Of a stretch of DNA of 64,000 nucleotides, positions 28,292 through 38,766 are shown piece after piece. Position numbers and translations under genes: made by a program. The stretch spans positions 156 through 64,155 of the forward strand of contig DASYWD010000015.1 in the NCBI GenBank assembly GCA_035936415.1, read 5' to 3'. The notes beneath the pieces are model-generated. The model saw only the letters and a program-made list of their open reading frames with translations, made no database searches and had not been told where the DNA came from. The stretch comes from Longimicrobiaceae bacterium (GTDB taxonomy: Bacteria; Gemmatimonadota; Gemmatimonadetes; Longimicrobiales; Longimicrobiaceae). Positions within the stretch are counted from its first letter, which is position 1; every line of letters starts with the position of its first letter.

Positions 28292-30474
28292 GTTGCTATG
28301 TCCTGTTGAATGAGAACCGGGTCCGGCGCAGAATCTACCACGTCCGCGCGCGGCGGGCCAGCGGGCGCGCCCTCCAGGCGCACGGAGATCCGGCCGTCCA
28401 CTGCCACCCCGCCCTGCGGGAACGCCAGCCACGGGTTCACGTCCAGCTCGCGGATGGCGTCGTGGTCGCCCACGAGCTGCGAGATGCGCTGGATCGTCTC
28501 CTCCAGCGCGGCCACGTCGGAGGGCGCCTCGCCGCGGACGCCCCGCAGGAGGGCGGCGCCCCGGATGGAGCGCACCATCTCGCGCGCGTCGACATCGGCG
28601 ACCGGGGTGACGCGGAACACCACGTCGCCCAGCGCCTCCACGTAGATCCCCCCCAGCCCGAACATCAGGAGCGGCCCGAACTGCGGGTCGGAGTGCATCC
28701 CCACGATGGTCTCCTTCCCCCCGGAGACCATCTTCTGCACCAGCACGCCCTCCACCTCCCCCGCCCCGATCCCCGCCCGCGCCGGCACCTCGGTGGTGAG
28801 CCGCGCGAAGACGGAGCGCGCCTCGTCCGCGGCGTCCACCCCCACCACCACGCCCCCCACGTCCGACTTGTGGACGATGCGGGGCGACAGGACCTTCATC
28901 ACCACGGGATAGCCGATGGACTCCGCGGCCTCCACCGCCTCCTCCGGCGTCCGCGCGACGCGGTACGGGGCGACGGGGATCCCGTACGCCTCCAGCACCC
29001 GCATCACCTCCGTCTCGGAGAGCTTCTCCCGCCCCTCGTCGCGGGCGCGCCCCAGGATCTCCTCCACCGCGGCGCGGTCCACGTCGAAGGCGCGCACGGT
29101 GCCCACGGGGCGCTCCAGCCAGCGGCGCTGCCGGTACATGGCCGCCAGCGCTCGCACCGCCGACTCCGGGAAGCGGTAGCCGGGGATCCCCGCGGCGTTC
29201 AGCTCGGCCAGCCCCTGCGGAAGCCCCTCGCGCCCCATCAGCACCGCCATGACGGGCTTCTCCCGCTGCCCGGCCGCGACGTCCACGATGGCCTCGGCCA
29301 CGTCCTCCTGCCGGATTCCCAGCGGGGGGACGAAGGTGGCGATCACCGCGTCCACGTTGGGGTCGGCGAGCACGGCCTCCACGGCCACGCGGTAGCTCTG
29401 CGGGGTGGCCGAGGCGATCATGTCCACCGGGTTGCGCAGCGACGCCTCCTCGGGGAAGTGGGCGGCCAGGAGCGCGCGGGTGCTCTCCGCCAGCTCGGGA
29501 ACCTCCAGCCCGTGCGCCTCGCAGGCATCGGCGATGATGATCCCGGGCCCCCCGGCGTTGGTGACGATGGCGACGCGGTTGCCGCGGGGGATGGGCTGGT
29601 GCGAGAAGGCCATCGCCAGGTCGAACATCTCCTCCACCGTGTCCACGCGCAGCACGCCGCACTGGCGCAGCAGGGCGTCGGTGGCGGCGTCGGTCCCGGC
29701 GAGCGCCCCGGTGTGCGAGGAGGCGGCGCGCGCCCCGGCCCCGCTGCGCCCGGACTTCACGGCGACGATGGGCTTGCGGCGGGTGATCTCGCGCGCGAGC
29801 TGGGTGAAGCGGCGCGGGTTGCCGAAGTTCTCCAGGTACATCAGGATGACGCCGGTGCGCTCGTCGTCGGCCCAGTAGCGCACCAGGTCGTTCCCGGAGA
29901 CGTCGGGCTTGTTCCCGACGGAGACGAACTGCGAGATGCCGATCCCGTACTCGGAGGCGTAGTCCAGGATGGTGACGCCCATCGCCCCGGACTGGCTCAG
30001 GAAGGCGACGGGGCCGTCCGGGGGCATGGTGGGGGCGAAGGTGGCGTTCATGGACACGTCGGGCGCCGTGTTCATCACCCCCATGCAATTGGGGCCCACC
30101 AGGCGCATCCCGTAGCGGCGGACCGTTTCCAGCAGCTCGCGCTCGCGCTCGATCCCGGCGCCGCCGATCTCCCGGAAGCCGGCGGAGATCACCACCATCG
30201 CCCCCACCCCCTTGCGCCCGCACGCCTCCGCCACCGCCTGCACGTGCTGCTTGGGGACGACGACGACGGCGAGGTCCACCGGGTCGGGGATCTCCTCCAC
30301 GGACGCGTACGCCCGGATGGAGTGCACGGAGGCGGCGGAGGGGTTCACCGGGTAGACCGGCCCGGTGTAGCCGTGGCGCACCAGGTTGTCCAGGATCTGG
30401 TAGCCGATGGTGTGCGGCGTCCGGCTCGCCCCCACGACGGCGACGGAGCGGGGACGGAGGAGTGGATCGAGCAT
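28288..30474 (-). CDS. ADP-forming acetyl-CoA synthetase / acetate--CoA ligase family protein (fused alpha+beta, 728 aa)
   Basis: CoA-binding N-terminus RSVAVVGASRTPHTIGY, succinyl-CoA-ligase-like middle with SQSGA and GNK motifs, C-terminal ATP-grasp. No GNAT domain. Confidence 0.85.
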   Translation of the reverse strand: MLDPLLRPRSVAVVGASRTPHTIGYQILDNLVRHGYTGPVYPVNPSAASVHSIRAYASVEEIPDPVDLAVVVVPKQHVQAVAEACGRKGVGAMVVISAGFREIGGAGIERERELLETVRRYGMRLVGPNCMGVMNTAPDVSMNATFAPTMPPDGPVAFLSQSGAMGVTILDYASEYGIGISQFVSVGNKPDVSGNDLVRYWADDERTGVILMYLENFGNPRRFTQLAREITRRKPIVAVKSGRSGAGARAASSHTGALAGTDAATDALLRQCGVLRVDTVEEMFDLAMAFSHQPIPRGNRVAIVTNAGGPGIIIADACEAHGLEVPELAESTRALLAAHFPEEASLRNPVDMIASATPQSYRVAVEAVLADPNVDAVIATFVPPLGIRQEDVAEAIVDVAAGQREKPVMAVLMGREGLPQGLAELNAAGIPGYRFPESAVRALAAMYRQRRWLERPVGTVRAFDVDRAAVEEILGRARDEGREKLSETEVMRVLEAYGIPVAPYRVARTPEEAVEAAESIGYPVVMKVLSPRIVHKSDVGGVVVGVDAADEARSVFARLTTEVPARAGIGAGEVEGVLVQKMVSGGKETIVGMHSDPQFGPLLMFGLGGIYVEALGDVVFRVTPVADVDAREMVRSIRGAALLRGVRGEAPSDVAALEETIQRISQLVGDHDAIRELDVNPWLAFPQGGVAVDGRISVRLEGAPAGPPRADVVDSAPDPVLIQQDIAT

Positions 30475-30485
30475 GTATCGACGGA

Positions 30486-30507
30486 GTGCGTGAGTACGAA
30501 GTGCGAC
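30486..30507 (-). repeat. Heptamer-repeat family member in the 5' leader of the acetyl-CoA synthetase gene
   Basis: The minus strand reads GTCGCAC TTCGTAC TCACGCAC, then TCCGTCGATAC ATG (start at 30474). Confidence 0.6.
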
Positions 30508-30636
30508 AGTCGCTCCGGGGGTGCCGGGGCCGGGTCGCGATGGGCGGGAATCTATGCCGCCGCGGACGATGCGGGGAGTAGGGGGCGGCCCGCGGTGGGG
30601 GTGGGGAGATGCCGGACGGCAGGGGGTAAGGCTCGG

Positions 30637-31599
30637 CTACCCTGTCGGATCGGCCGGGGCGCGGAGTGGGAGCGGCTCGGGGCTGCGGAGCCTGCGGTGG
30701 TTGAAGCTCGGGATCCAGAGCCGCTCCGCGACCGCGCGCACCGTGGCCTTGAGGGCTCCCTTGAGGTTGTCGTGGAAGACGAGGGCGTCCACCCCTCCCG
30801 CGATGGAGCGGCAGCAGGCCTCCAGCTTCTCCGCGCCCCCGGGCTCGCCGTAGCCGCCCGCCACGAGCCAGTGGTTGGCGAGCACGTGGGAGACCGCCAC
30901 GTCGTCGGGGCGGTCGTCTCCGAGCACCGCGTCGCGGATGCTGGGCTCGAAGTGCACGCCCCCCACGAAGAGCACCGAGCCGCCGCGCGGCGGCTCCTCG
31001 TCGAAGATGCGCACCAGGGCGCGGGCGAGCACCTCCGCCGCTTCCGGGTCGCTCCAGCTCTCCGGCGAGCTCCCGATCTCGACGTCCAGGAGCGGCACCG
31101 GGTAGCAGGTCAGGAGCTCGGGCGCATGGCCGTACACCACGCCAGACCAGTGCGTGGCCTCCGTGACCGTCCGGTACCGGTCGAGCCCGGCTTCGGTCCG
31201 CGTGCGCTCGATGGCGCGGAGCACGGCGGTCGTGAGGGCGGGGTCGGCCGGGCCGAACCGCCCCGAGACGACGTCCCCCGTGGTATGCGCCATGAAGATG
31301 CCGTCGGGGGCGTTCGCGCCCTCGTGCCAGTTCACCAGCAGCGCCACGTCGAAGCCGCTGAGCCGCCCGGTCAGCAGGGGGAGGTAGCGCGGGTAGTCGT
31401 GGCTCAGCACCTCGGCGGTGCGTACGTACACGAACTCGCGGCCGGCCGCGTCGCGGTGCGCCAGGACCGGCATCCCGTCCACCTCGTCCCCGGTCTCGAC
31501 CAGAGGGAGGAGCCGGCGCGACGCCTCGAACACGTGGCTCGCCACGGGGTCCCTGGCCGGGTCGGCGCAGAAGAACAGGACGGCGCGGCCTTGTGTCAT
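30637..31599 (-). CDS. Protein resembling archaeal/plant-type D-aminoacyl-tRNA deacylase (DtdA/GEK1, tRNA_deacylase family)
   Basis: ATG at 31599. VTEATHWSG ... PLLDVEIGSSPESWSDPEAAEVLARAL ... FVGGVHFEP ... VSHVLANHW recalls the ATHHGP / EIGS..W / GG.HY / GH motif order of that family (from memory, unverified). Confidence 0.5.
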   Translation of the reverse strand: MTQGRAVLFFCADPARDPVASHVFEASRRLLPLVETGDEVDGMPVLAHRDAAGREFVYVRTAEVLSHDYPRYLPLLTGRLSGFDVALLVNWHEGANAPDGIFMAHTTGDVVSGRFGPADPALTTAVLRAIERTRTEAGLDRYRTVTEATHWSGVVYGHAPELLTCYPVPLLDVEIGSSPESWSDPEAAEVLARALVRIFDEEPPRGGSVLFVGGVHFEPSIRDAVLGDDRPDDVAVSHVLANHWLVAGGYGEPGGAEKLEACCRSIAGGVDALVFHDNLKGALKATVRAVAERLWIPSFNHRRLRSPEPLPLRAPADPTG

Positions 31600-31609
31600 G
31601 ACGAGCCTC

Positions 31610-33283
<1,674 letters not shown>

Positions 33284-33445
33284 GCGGGGTGGCGGGCTGG
33301 AGTGGCATGCGCCCGCGGGCCTTGCCGCGGGAAACCTTTGGTGAATCTTCCCTCTCCGCGGCTCCCGCGCAACCGGCGCGGCGGGCGCGGAACGGGTCGT
33401 GCTCCGGGCCGGGGCGGCGACGACGCGAGGAGGACGACGAGCACG

Positions 33446-33781
33446 ATGGAGCCCGAGCTGGTGCGGCAGTGGGTCATGGACACGGTCCGGGAGGAATACC
33501 GGATCCACCGCGGCTGGACCTTCACGGTCCGGTCGCTGGTGGCGTACGACCTGCGCTACCTGGACAACACCCGCGTGGAGCTGGACACCCCCGCGGTGGT
33601 GAAGGTGATCCACACCGAGGCGGAAACGGTGGAGCGGACCGTGCGCCCCGGGGTGGTGGACCCCCTCTGGGCGGTGGAGCTGGCCGCGCCGCACCCGGAG
33701 CTGGGGGACGCGGAGCACCTCCTCCTCTGGATCGAAGGGCCGTCGTACGACCTTCGAACCGGCGAGCAGGTGGAGGAGTAG
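33446..33781 (+). CDS. Hypothetical protein (111 aa)
   Basis: ATG is preceded by GAGGAGGA. Non-repetitive sequence MEPELVRQWVMDTVREEYRIHRGWTF.... No recognised family. Confidence 0.5.
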   Translation: MEPELVRQWVMDTVREEYRIHRGWTFTVRSLVAYDLRYLDNTRVELDTPAVVKVIHTEAETVERTVRPGVVDPLWAVELAAPHPELGDAEHLLLWIEGPSYDLRTGEQVEE

Positions 33782-33952
33782 CGCGCCGGGCGCGGTGGAG
33801 TTCGCGGTCCCAAACCCGCGCCCGTACGCCACTTGCTGCGAGCGCCCGGGGAACCCACGGCGCCCCGTGGGGTTTCCGGTAGCGGGTGTGCACCGGCGGT
33901 CGGTGCGCGATCCGGCGCCCGCGGGCGCGTTCACCCCCGGAAGGAAGGATTC

Positions 33953-34480
33953 GTGCTGAAGACGATTCGACCCACGCTCCTGGCCTTGGCGATGCTCGCC
34001 GCCCCCGCCGCGCTCGCGGCGCAGGAGGCTCCCGCGGAAGCCACGCAGCAGCCCGCGCAGACGGAGGCGCAGCAGATCCAGGCCCGCCTGCAGCAGATCC
34101 AGGCGCGGGCCCTCCAGGATCCGGCGCTCCAGGCTGCGCAGGACTCCATCGGCGACCAGCTGACGGCGACGATGGAGCGCGTCGATCCCACGTTCAGGGC
34201 GCAGGCGGAGCGTGCCGAGGCGCTGAAGGCCGAGGTGCAGGCCGCGCAGCAGGCCGGCGACAACGCGAAGCTGAACCAGCTCGCCGCCGAGGCCGAGCAG
34301 CTCCAGCAGGGCTTCGCGTCGGCGCGCCAGCGGGCGATGCAGGACCCGCAGATGGTCGAGCGCATCCAGGCGTTCCAGCAGCGGATCGTCGCCAGGATGG
34401 CGGAGCTCGATCCCGAGACGCATACGCTCCTGGCCCGATTGCAGGAGCTGAAGAACGGAGCGGCCCCCGCGCAGCAGTAG
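33953..34480 (+). CDS. Periplasmic Gln/Ala-rich coiled-coil protein (possible Skp/Spy-like chaperone)
   Basis: GTG at 33953 is preceded by GGAAGGAAGGA. Signal peptide LLALAMLAAPAALAAQ. Heptad-like Q/A/E-rich helices. Strong terminator downstream. Confidence 0.55.
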   Translation: MLKTIRPTLLALAMLAAPAALAAQEAPAEATQQPAQTEAQQIQARLQQIQARALQDPALQAAQDSIGDQLTATMERVDPTFRAQAERAEALKAEVQAAQQAGDNAKLNQLAAEAEQLQQGFASARQRAMQDPQMVERIQAFQQRIVARMAELDPETHTLLARLQELKNGAAPAQQ

Positions 34481-34505
34481 GCGCGGCCGCCCGGCCCGGA
34501 AGGGA

Positions 34506-34538
34506 GAAGGGCGCCCGCCGCGGGCGCCCTTCTTCGTT
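34506..34538 (+). terminator. Rho-independent terminator
   Basis: GAAGGGCGCCC / GGGCGCCCTTC 11-bp stem, loop GCCGC, tail TTCGTT. Confidence 0.65.
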
Positions 34539-34639
34539 GCCCCGGCGGCCCGCGCTGCCTGTCTGCTGCGGCTCGCGGGACCCGCGCCCGTCCGGGTACC
34601 TTTGTCCGTGGACCGCAGACCCGATCCGCACGTGAGCCC

Positions 34640-36916
34640 TTGAGCACTCCGACCCCCGAGACGTCGCTGGAGGCCCTGCCCCCCGCCGCGACCGCCGGCA
34701 CCCTGGCCGTGCCGAAGCCCGGCGCGCGGCTGCTGGTGGCCGCGTACGCCGCCGCGATCTTCGCGGGCGCGTTCCTGCTCTTCCTGGTGCAGCCGATGTT
34801 CGGGAAGATGGTGCTCCCGCTGCTGGGCGGCTCGCCCGCGGTGTGGAACACCTGCATGCTCTTCTTCCAGGCCGCGCTGCTGGGGGGGTACCTGTACGCG
34901 CACCTGACCACCCGCTGGCTGGGCGTGCGCCGACAGGCCGCCCTGCACCTGGCGCTGGTTCTGGCCGCCGGACTGGCGCTTCCGCTCTCCGTCGGGAGCG
35001 CCGCACCGCCGGGAGGGGGGGCGCCGATCCCGTGGCTCCTCGCGCTGCTGCTGGGCACTGTCGGGCTGCCGTTCCTGGTCCTGGCGGCGACCAGCCCCAT
35101 GCTGCAGCGGTGGTTCGCGGAGAGCGGCTCGCCCGCCGCCCGGAACCCGTACTGGCTGTACGCCGCCAGCAACCTGGGGAGCCTCCTGGCCCTGCTCTCC
35201 TACCCCTTCCTGCTGGAGCCGCGGCTGCGGCTGGCCGAGCAGAGCTGGGTGTGGGCGGCGGGGTACGCCGGGCTGGTGCTGCTCCTGGCCGCCTGCGCCT
35301 TCCTGGTGCGGCACGCCCCCTCCACGGGGACGGCCGCCCGTGCGCGCGCCGGCGCGCCGGACGCGGCGCCGGTATCGCTGCGGGACCGCGCGACCTGGGT
35401 GGCGCTCGCCTTCCTCCCGTCCAGCCTGCTGCTGGGGGTAACGACCTACCTGACCACGGACCTGGCCTCGGCGCCGCTGCTCTGGGTGCTCCCGCTTGCG
35501 CTGTACCTGCTCACCTTCACGCTGGTCTTCGCGGAGCGGCCGCCGCTCCGGCACGAGTGGATGGTGCGGGTGCAGCCGGCCCTGCTCGTCGCCGTGATCT
35601 ACCTCCTGCTGGGGAGCTCCCTCAACCGGCCGGCGGTGGCGGTCCCCATCCACCTGGCGGCCTTCTTCGTGACGGCCATGGTCTGCCACGGCGAGCTGGC
35701 GCGCCGCCGGCCTGCCCCGCGGCACCTCACGGAGTTCTACCTGTGGCTGTCGGTGGGCGGCGTCCTGGGCGGGGTGTTCAACGTGCTGGTCGCGCCGGCG
35801 GTCTTCGACCACACCTGGGAGTACCCGCTGGTGCTGGTGCTGGCCGTCCTGGCGCGCCCCTGGCCGGAGGGGCGCCGGCCGCTCTCCGAGCACGCCACGA
35901 CGGCGCTGCGGGCCGCCGGGTTCGCGGTGGCGCTCTACCTCCTCCTGGGGCGCGACCCGGAAGCCCTGTCCGCCCCGGTGTTCGTGGCGATGGCGGCGGT
36001 CTTCGTGGCGCTGCTGGGGCTGGTGCTGGGGCGGGCGCCCCTCTGGCTGGCGCTCTGCCTGGGCTCGGTGTACGCCCTGCGCGCGGCGGAGGACTTCCGC
36101 GCCGCCGAGACGCTGCACGCGGACCGCTCCTTCTTCGGCCACTACCGGGTCACGGCGCAGGCCGGCCGGGAGCGGTTCCACGTCCTCACGCACGGCTCCA
36201 CCCTGCACGGTGCGCAGAGCAAGGCGCCGGAGCGCCGCCGCGACCCGCTCACGTACTACGTCCGCTCCGGGCCGCTGGGCGACGTCTTCGCCACGCAGGG
36301 GCTCTCCACCCGCCCTCAGCGGGTGGCGGTGGTGGGGCTCGGAGTGGGAACCACGGCCGCCTACGCGGCCGAAGGCGAGGCCTGGACCTTCTTCGAGATC
36401 GACCCCGGGATCGAGCGCATCGCCCGCGACCCGCGCCTGTTCACCTACCTGGCGGACTCCCCCGCGGAGACCCGCGTCGTCCTGGGCGACGCGCGGCTCT
36501 CGCTGGCCCGTGAATCGCGGGAGGGAGCGCCCCGGTACGACCTGATCGTGCTGGACGCCTTCACCTCGGACGCCATCCCCACGCACCTCCTGACCCGGGA
36601 GGCGCTGGAGGTATACCTGGATCGGCTGGAGCCCGGCGGACGCCTGGCCGTGCACGTCAGCAACCGCTACCTGGACCTGGAGTCGGTGGTGGCGGCCGCG
36701 GTCCGCGACCTGGGCCTGGCCGCGCGGGTGGGCGCCTGGGGGCTCCCCCCGAACACGCCGTACGAGAACGCCTCCACCTGGGTGCTGGCGGCGCGGGAGG
36801 AGGAGGCGCTGGGGATGCTGGCCGACGACAAGCGCTGGCGCACCGCCCGCCTGAAGCCGGGCGTCGGCGCCTGGACCGACGACCACTCCAGCATCCTGGA
36901 CGTGTTCACCTGGTAG
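34640..36916 (+). CDS. Polytopic membrane protein fused to a spermidine-synthase-like (class I methyltransferase fold) domain
   Basis: About 12 predicted TM helices, then YDLIVLDAFTSDAIPTHLLTREALEVYLDRLEPGGRLAVHVSN. TTG start is uncertain. Confidence 0.75.
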   Translation: MSTPTPETSLEALPPAATAGTLAVPKPGARLLVAAYAAAIFAGAFLLFLVQPMFGKMVLPLLGGSPAVWNTCMLFFQAALLGGYLYAHLTTRWLGVRRQAALHLALVLAAGLALPLSVGSAAPPGGGAPIPWLLALLLGTVGLPFLVLAATSPMLQRWFAESGSPAARNPYWLYAASNLGSLLALLSYPFLLEPRLRLAEQSWVWAAGYAGLVLLLAACAFLVRHAPSTGTAARARAGAPDAAPVSLRDRATWVALAFLPSSLLLGVTTYLTTDLASAPLLWVLPLALYLLTFTLVFAERPPLRHEWMVRVQPALLVAVIYLLLGSSLNRPAVAVPIHLAAFFVTAMVCHGELARRRPAPRHLTEFYLWLSVGGVLGGVFNVLVAPAVFDHTWEYPLVLVLAVLARPWPEGRRPLSEHATTALRAAGFAVALYLLLGRDPEALSAPVFVAMAAVFVALLGLVLGRAPLWLALCLGSVYALRAAEDFRAAETLHADRSFFGHYRVTAQAGRERFHVLTHGSTLHGAQSKAPERRRDPLTYYVRSGPLGDVFATQGLSTRPQRVAVVGLGVGTTAAYAAEGEAWTFFEIDPGIERIARDPRLFTYLADSPAETRVVLGDARLSLARESREGAPRYDLIVLDAFTSDAIPTHLLTREALEVYLDRLEPGGRLAVHVSNRYLDLESVVAAAVRDLGLAARVGAWGLPPNTPYENASTWVLAAREEEALGMLADDKRWRTARLKPGVGAWTDDHSSILDVFTW

Positions 36917-36951
36917 CGCCGCAGTCTCACCCTTCCGAAGGGGGCACCGCC

Positions 36952-37794
36952 ATGGCAGCTTCGTCCCGCGCCTCCCGCGCGCTCCTCGCCGCGGCGCTCG
37001 CCGCCCTGCTCCCCGGCGCGGCGGCGGCGCAGCGCCCGGTCTCCGAGGCCCCCTACGTCCCCACCCCGATGGAGGTGGTGCACGAGATGCTGGCGCTCGC
37101 CGCCCCGGGGCCGGACGATGTCGTCTACGACCTGGGCTCGGGCGACGGGCGCATCCCCATCGAGGCGGCGCGGCTGTACGGCGCCCGCGGGGTGGGGATC
37201 GACCTGGACGCCCGGCTGGTGCAGCGCGCCGAGGAGAACGCGCGGGAGGCCGGGGTGGCGGGCCGCGTCCGCTTCGTGCACGGCGACCTGTTCGCCGCCG
37301 ACCTGCGCCCCGCCACCGTGGTCACGCTCTACCTCCCCGCCAGCGTGAACCTCAAGCTCCGCCCGATCCTGCTGGAGCAGCTCCGCCCCGGCACGCGTGT
37401 GGTCTCGCACTCCTTCTCCATGGGCGATTGGGCGCCGGACAGCATGGTCACCGTCCGCCGGCCCGGCGCCGAGTTCGGGCCGCGCGTCTTCTTCTGGGTG
37501 GTCCCGGCGAAGGTGGGCGGCTCGTGGAGCGTTATGGGGCCGGGCGGCGAACGCTACGCGCTGCGGCTCCGGCAGGAGTTCCAGCGGGTCGAGGGAACGG
37601 TGCGCGCGGGGGGACGGGAGCTGCCGCTGCGGGACGTGAAGCTGGTGGGGGACCGGATCACCTTCACACTCCCGGAGGCGGCGGGCGGGTCGGGCGCGGG
37701 GCGACGGTTCGCCGGGCGGGTGGAGGGGGACCGGATACAGGGGACGCTGGAGGGCGAGACAGGCGCGGCGTGGGGAGCCAGGCGCATGCCGTGA
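36952..37794 (+). CDS. Class I SAM-dependent methyltransferase-fold protein with a predicted signal peptide
   Basis: Signal-like ALLAAALAALLPGAAAAQ, then motif I VYDLGSGDGRIPIEAA and post-I GIDLD. Extra C-terminal beta-rich domain. Confidence 0.75.
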   Translation: MAASSRASRALLAAALAALLPGAAAAQRPVSEAPYVPTPMEVVHEMLALAAPGPDDVVYDLGSGDGRIPIEAARLYGARGVGIDLDARLVQRAEENAREAGVAGRVRFVHGDLFAADLRPATVVTLYLPASVNLKLRPILLEQLRPGTRVVSHSFSMGDWAPDSMVTVRRPGAEFGPRVFFWVVPAKVGGSWSVMGPGGERYALRLRQEFQRVEGTVRAGGRELPLRDVKLVGDRITFTLPEAAGGSGAGRRFAGRVEGDRIQGTLEGETGAAWGARRMP

Positions 37795-37801
37795 AACGCC
37801 G

Positions 37802-37825
37802 AAAGCCCCGCGATCGCGGGGCTTT
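37802..37825. terminator. Bidirectional terminator (perfect palindrome with A-tract/T-tract flanks)
   Basis: AAAGCCCCGCGATCGCGGGGCTTT lies between the methyltransferase stop and the 3' end of tRNA-Lys. Confidence 0.7.
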
Positions 37826-37836
37826 CGGCAAGCAGG

Positions 37837-37908
37837 TGGGGCGCCTGGGACTCGAACCCAGAACCTAACGGTTAAAAGCCGTTTGCTCTACCATTGAGCT
37901 AACGCCCC
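37837..37908 (-). tRNA. tRNA-Lys (anticodon UUU)
   Basis: Hand-folded cloverleaf: acceptor GGGGCGU/GCGCCCC, D-arm GCUC-AAUGGUA-GAGC, anticodon stem AACGG/CCGUU with loop CUUUUAA, T-arm CUGGG-UUCGAGU-CCCAG, discriminator A. CCA is not encoded. Confidence 0.9.
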
Positions 37909-37979
37909 GCGGTCGGGACGAAGCCCCGAATATAACGGTTTCAGGAGGTCGTCTCAACCCGCGGGGCCGCGCCGTTCGC

Positions 37980-38534
37980 TCAGGACGGGCGGATGAACAC
38001 GTGGGTCCAGCGCCCGTCGTACACGCCCACGCCATGGTGGGTGAAGGCGCAGTTCTCGATGTTCCTCCGGTGCGGGGCGCTGTTCATCCACATGGAGTAG
38101 GCCTCCCCCGCGGAGTTCACGCCCCAGGCGATGTTCTCGCCCGCGGTGGCGTAGCGCACCCCGACACTGGCGAGCCGCTGCCAGGGGGTGACGCCTTCCG
38201 GGGAGTTGTGGCTGAAGTAGTTGCGCGTGGCCATGTCGCGGCTGTGCGCGAGCGCGACCGCGGCCACCCGGTCGTCGCGGACGAGCGCGGGGCACCCGAG
38301 CGAGGCGCGGTGCTGGTTCACGGTCGCGGTGAAGTCCCGCTCTGCCGACGCGACGTCGGCGGAGCTCGCGAGCGAGCTCCCGGTGGGGATCACGTCGCAG
38401 CCCCCGAGCACGGCGGCGAGCATGAGTGCGGCCCAGGCACACCGGCGGCGGTGCGGCAAGCGGGACTCGGAGCTGTCGGTGGAATCTCCCCGGAACGGGG
38501 CGGCGGAGCGGACGCCGGAACGCGGCTTCTGCAT
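37980..38534 (-). CDS. CAP/SCP (YkwD-like) domain lipoprotein
   Basis: Lipobox LGGC; HSRDMATRNYFSHNSPEG ... GENIAWG ... WMNSAPHRRNI motifs. Confidence 0.8.
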   Translation of the reverse strand: MQKPRSGVRSAAPFRGDSTDSSESRLPHRRRCAWAALMLAAVLGGCDVIPTGSSLASSADVASAERDFTATVNQHRASLGCPALVRDDRVAAVALAHSRDMATRNYFSHNSPEGVTPWQRLASVGVRYATAGENIAWGVNSAGEAYSMWMNSAPHRRNIENCAFTHHGVGVYDGRWTHVFIRPS

Positions 38535-38766
38535 GGCAGGATCCTCTTCGGCGGCTCGACTGGCGTGGCGGACGCGGGCGCGTCCACTTTAGCCTCGTAG
38601 CTTTGCGTCCCCGCCTTTCGACGGGTTTGCCGTTATCGGAGGGCACCGGACCCTTGCGGTCCGGTGCAGAGACGTGCGGGAGCGGTGCTGCTCCCGCGGA
38701 TGTGGGAATGAAAATAGGGCGCGGAGCGGCAGCGTCAAGCCCGCTCTGCCCCGCACCCCCCGCGCG

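Noticed and set aside
37837-37908. tRNA-Lys as a possible integration hotspot with an adjacent island
   Set aside because: There is no integrase and no partial tRNA duplicate nearby. The flanking genes (methyltransferase, CAP-domain lipoprotein, tex) show ordinary composition.
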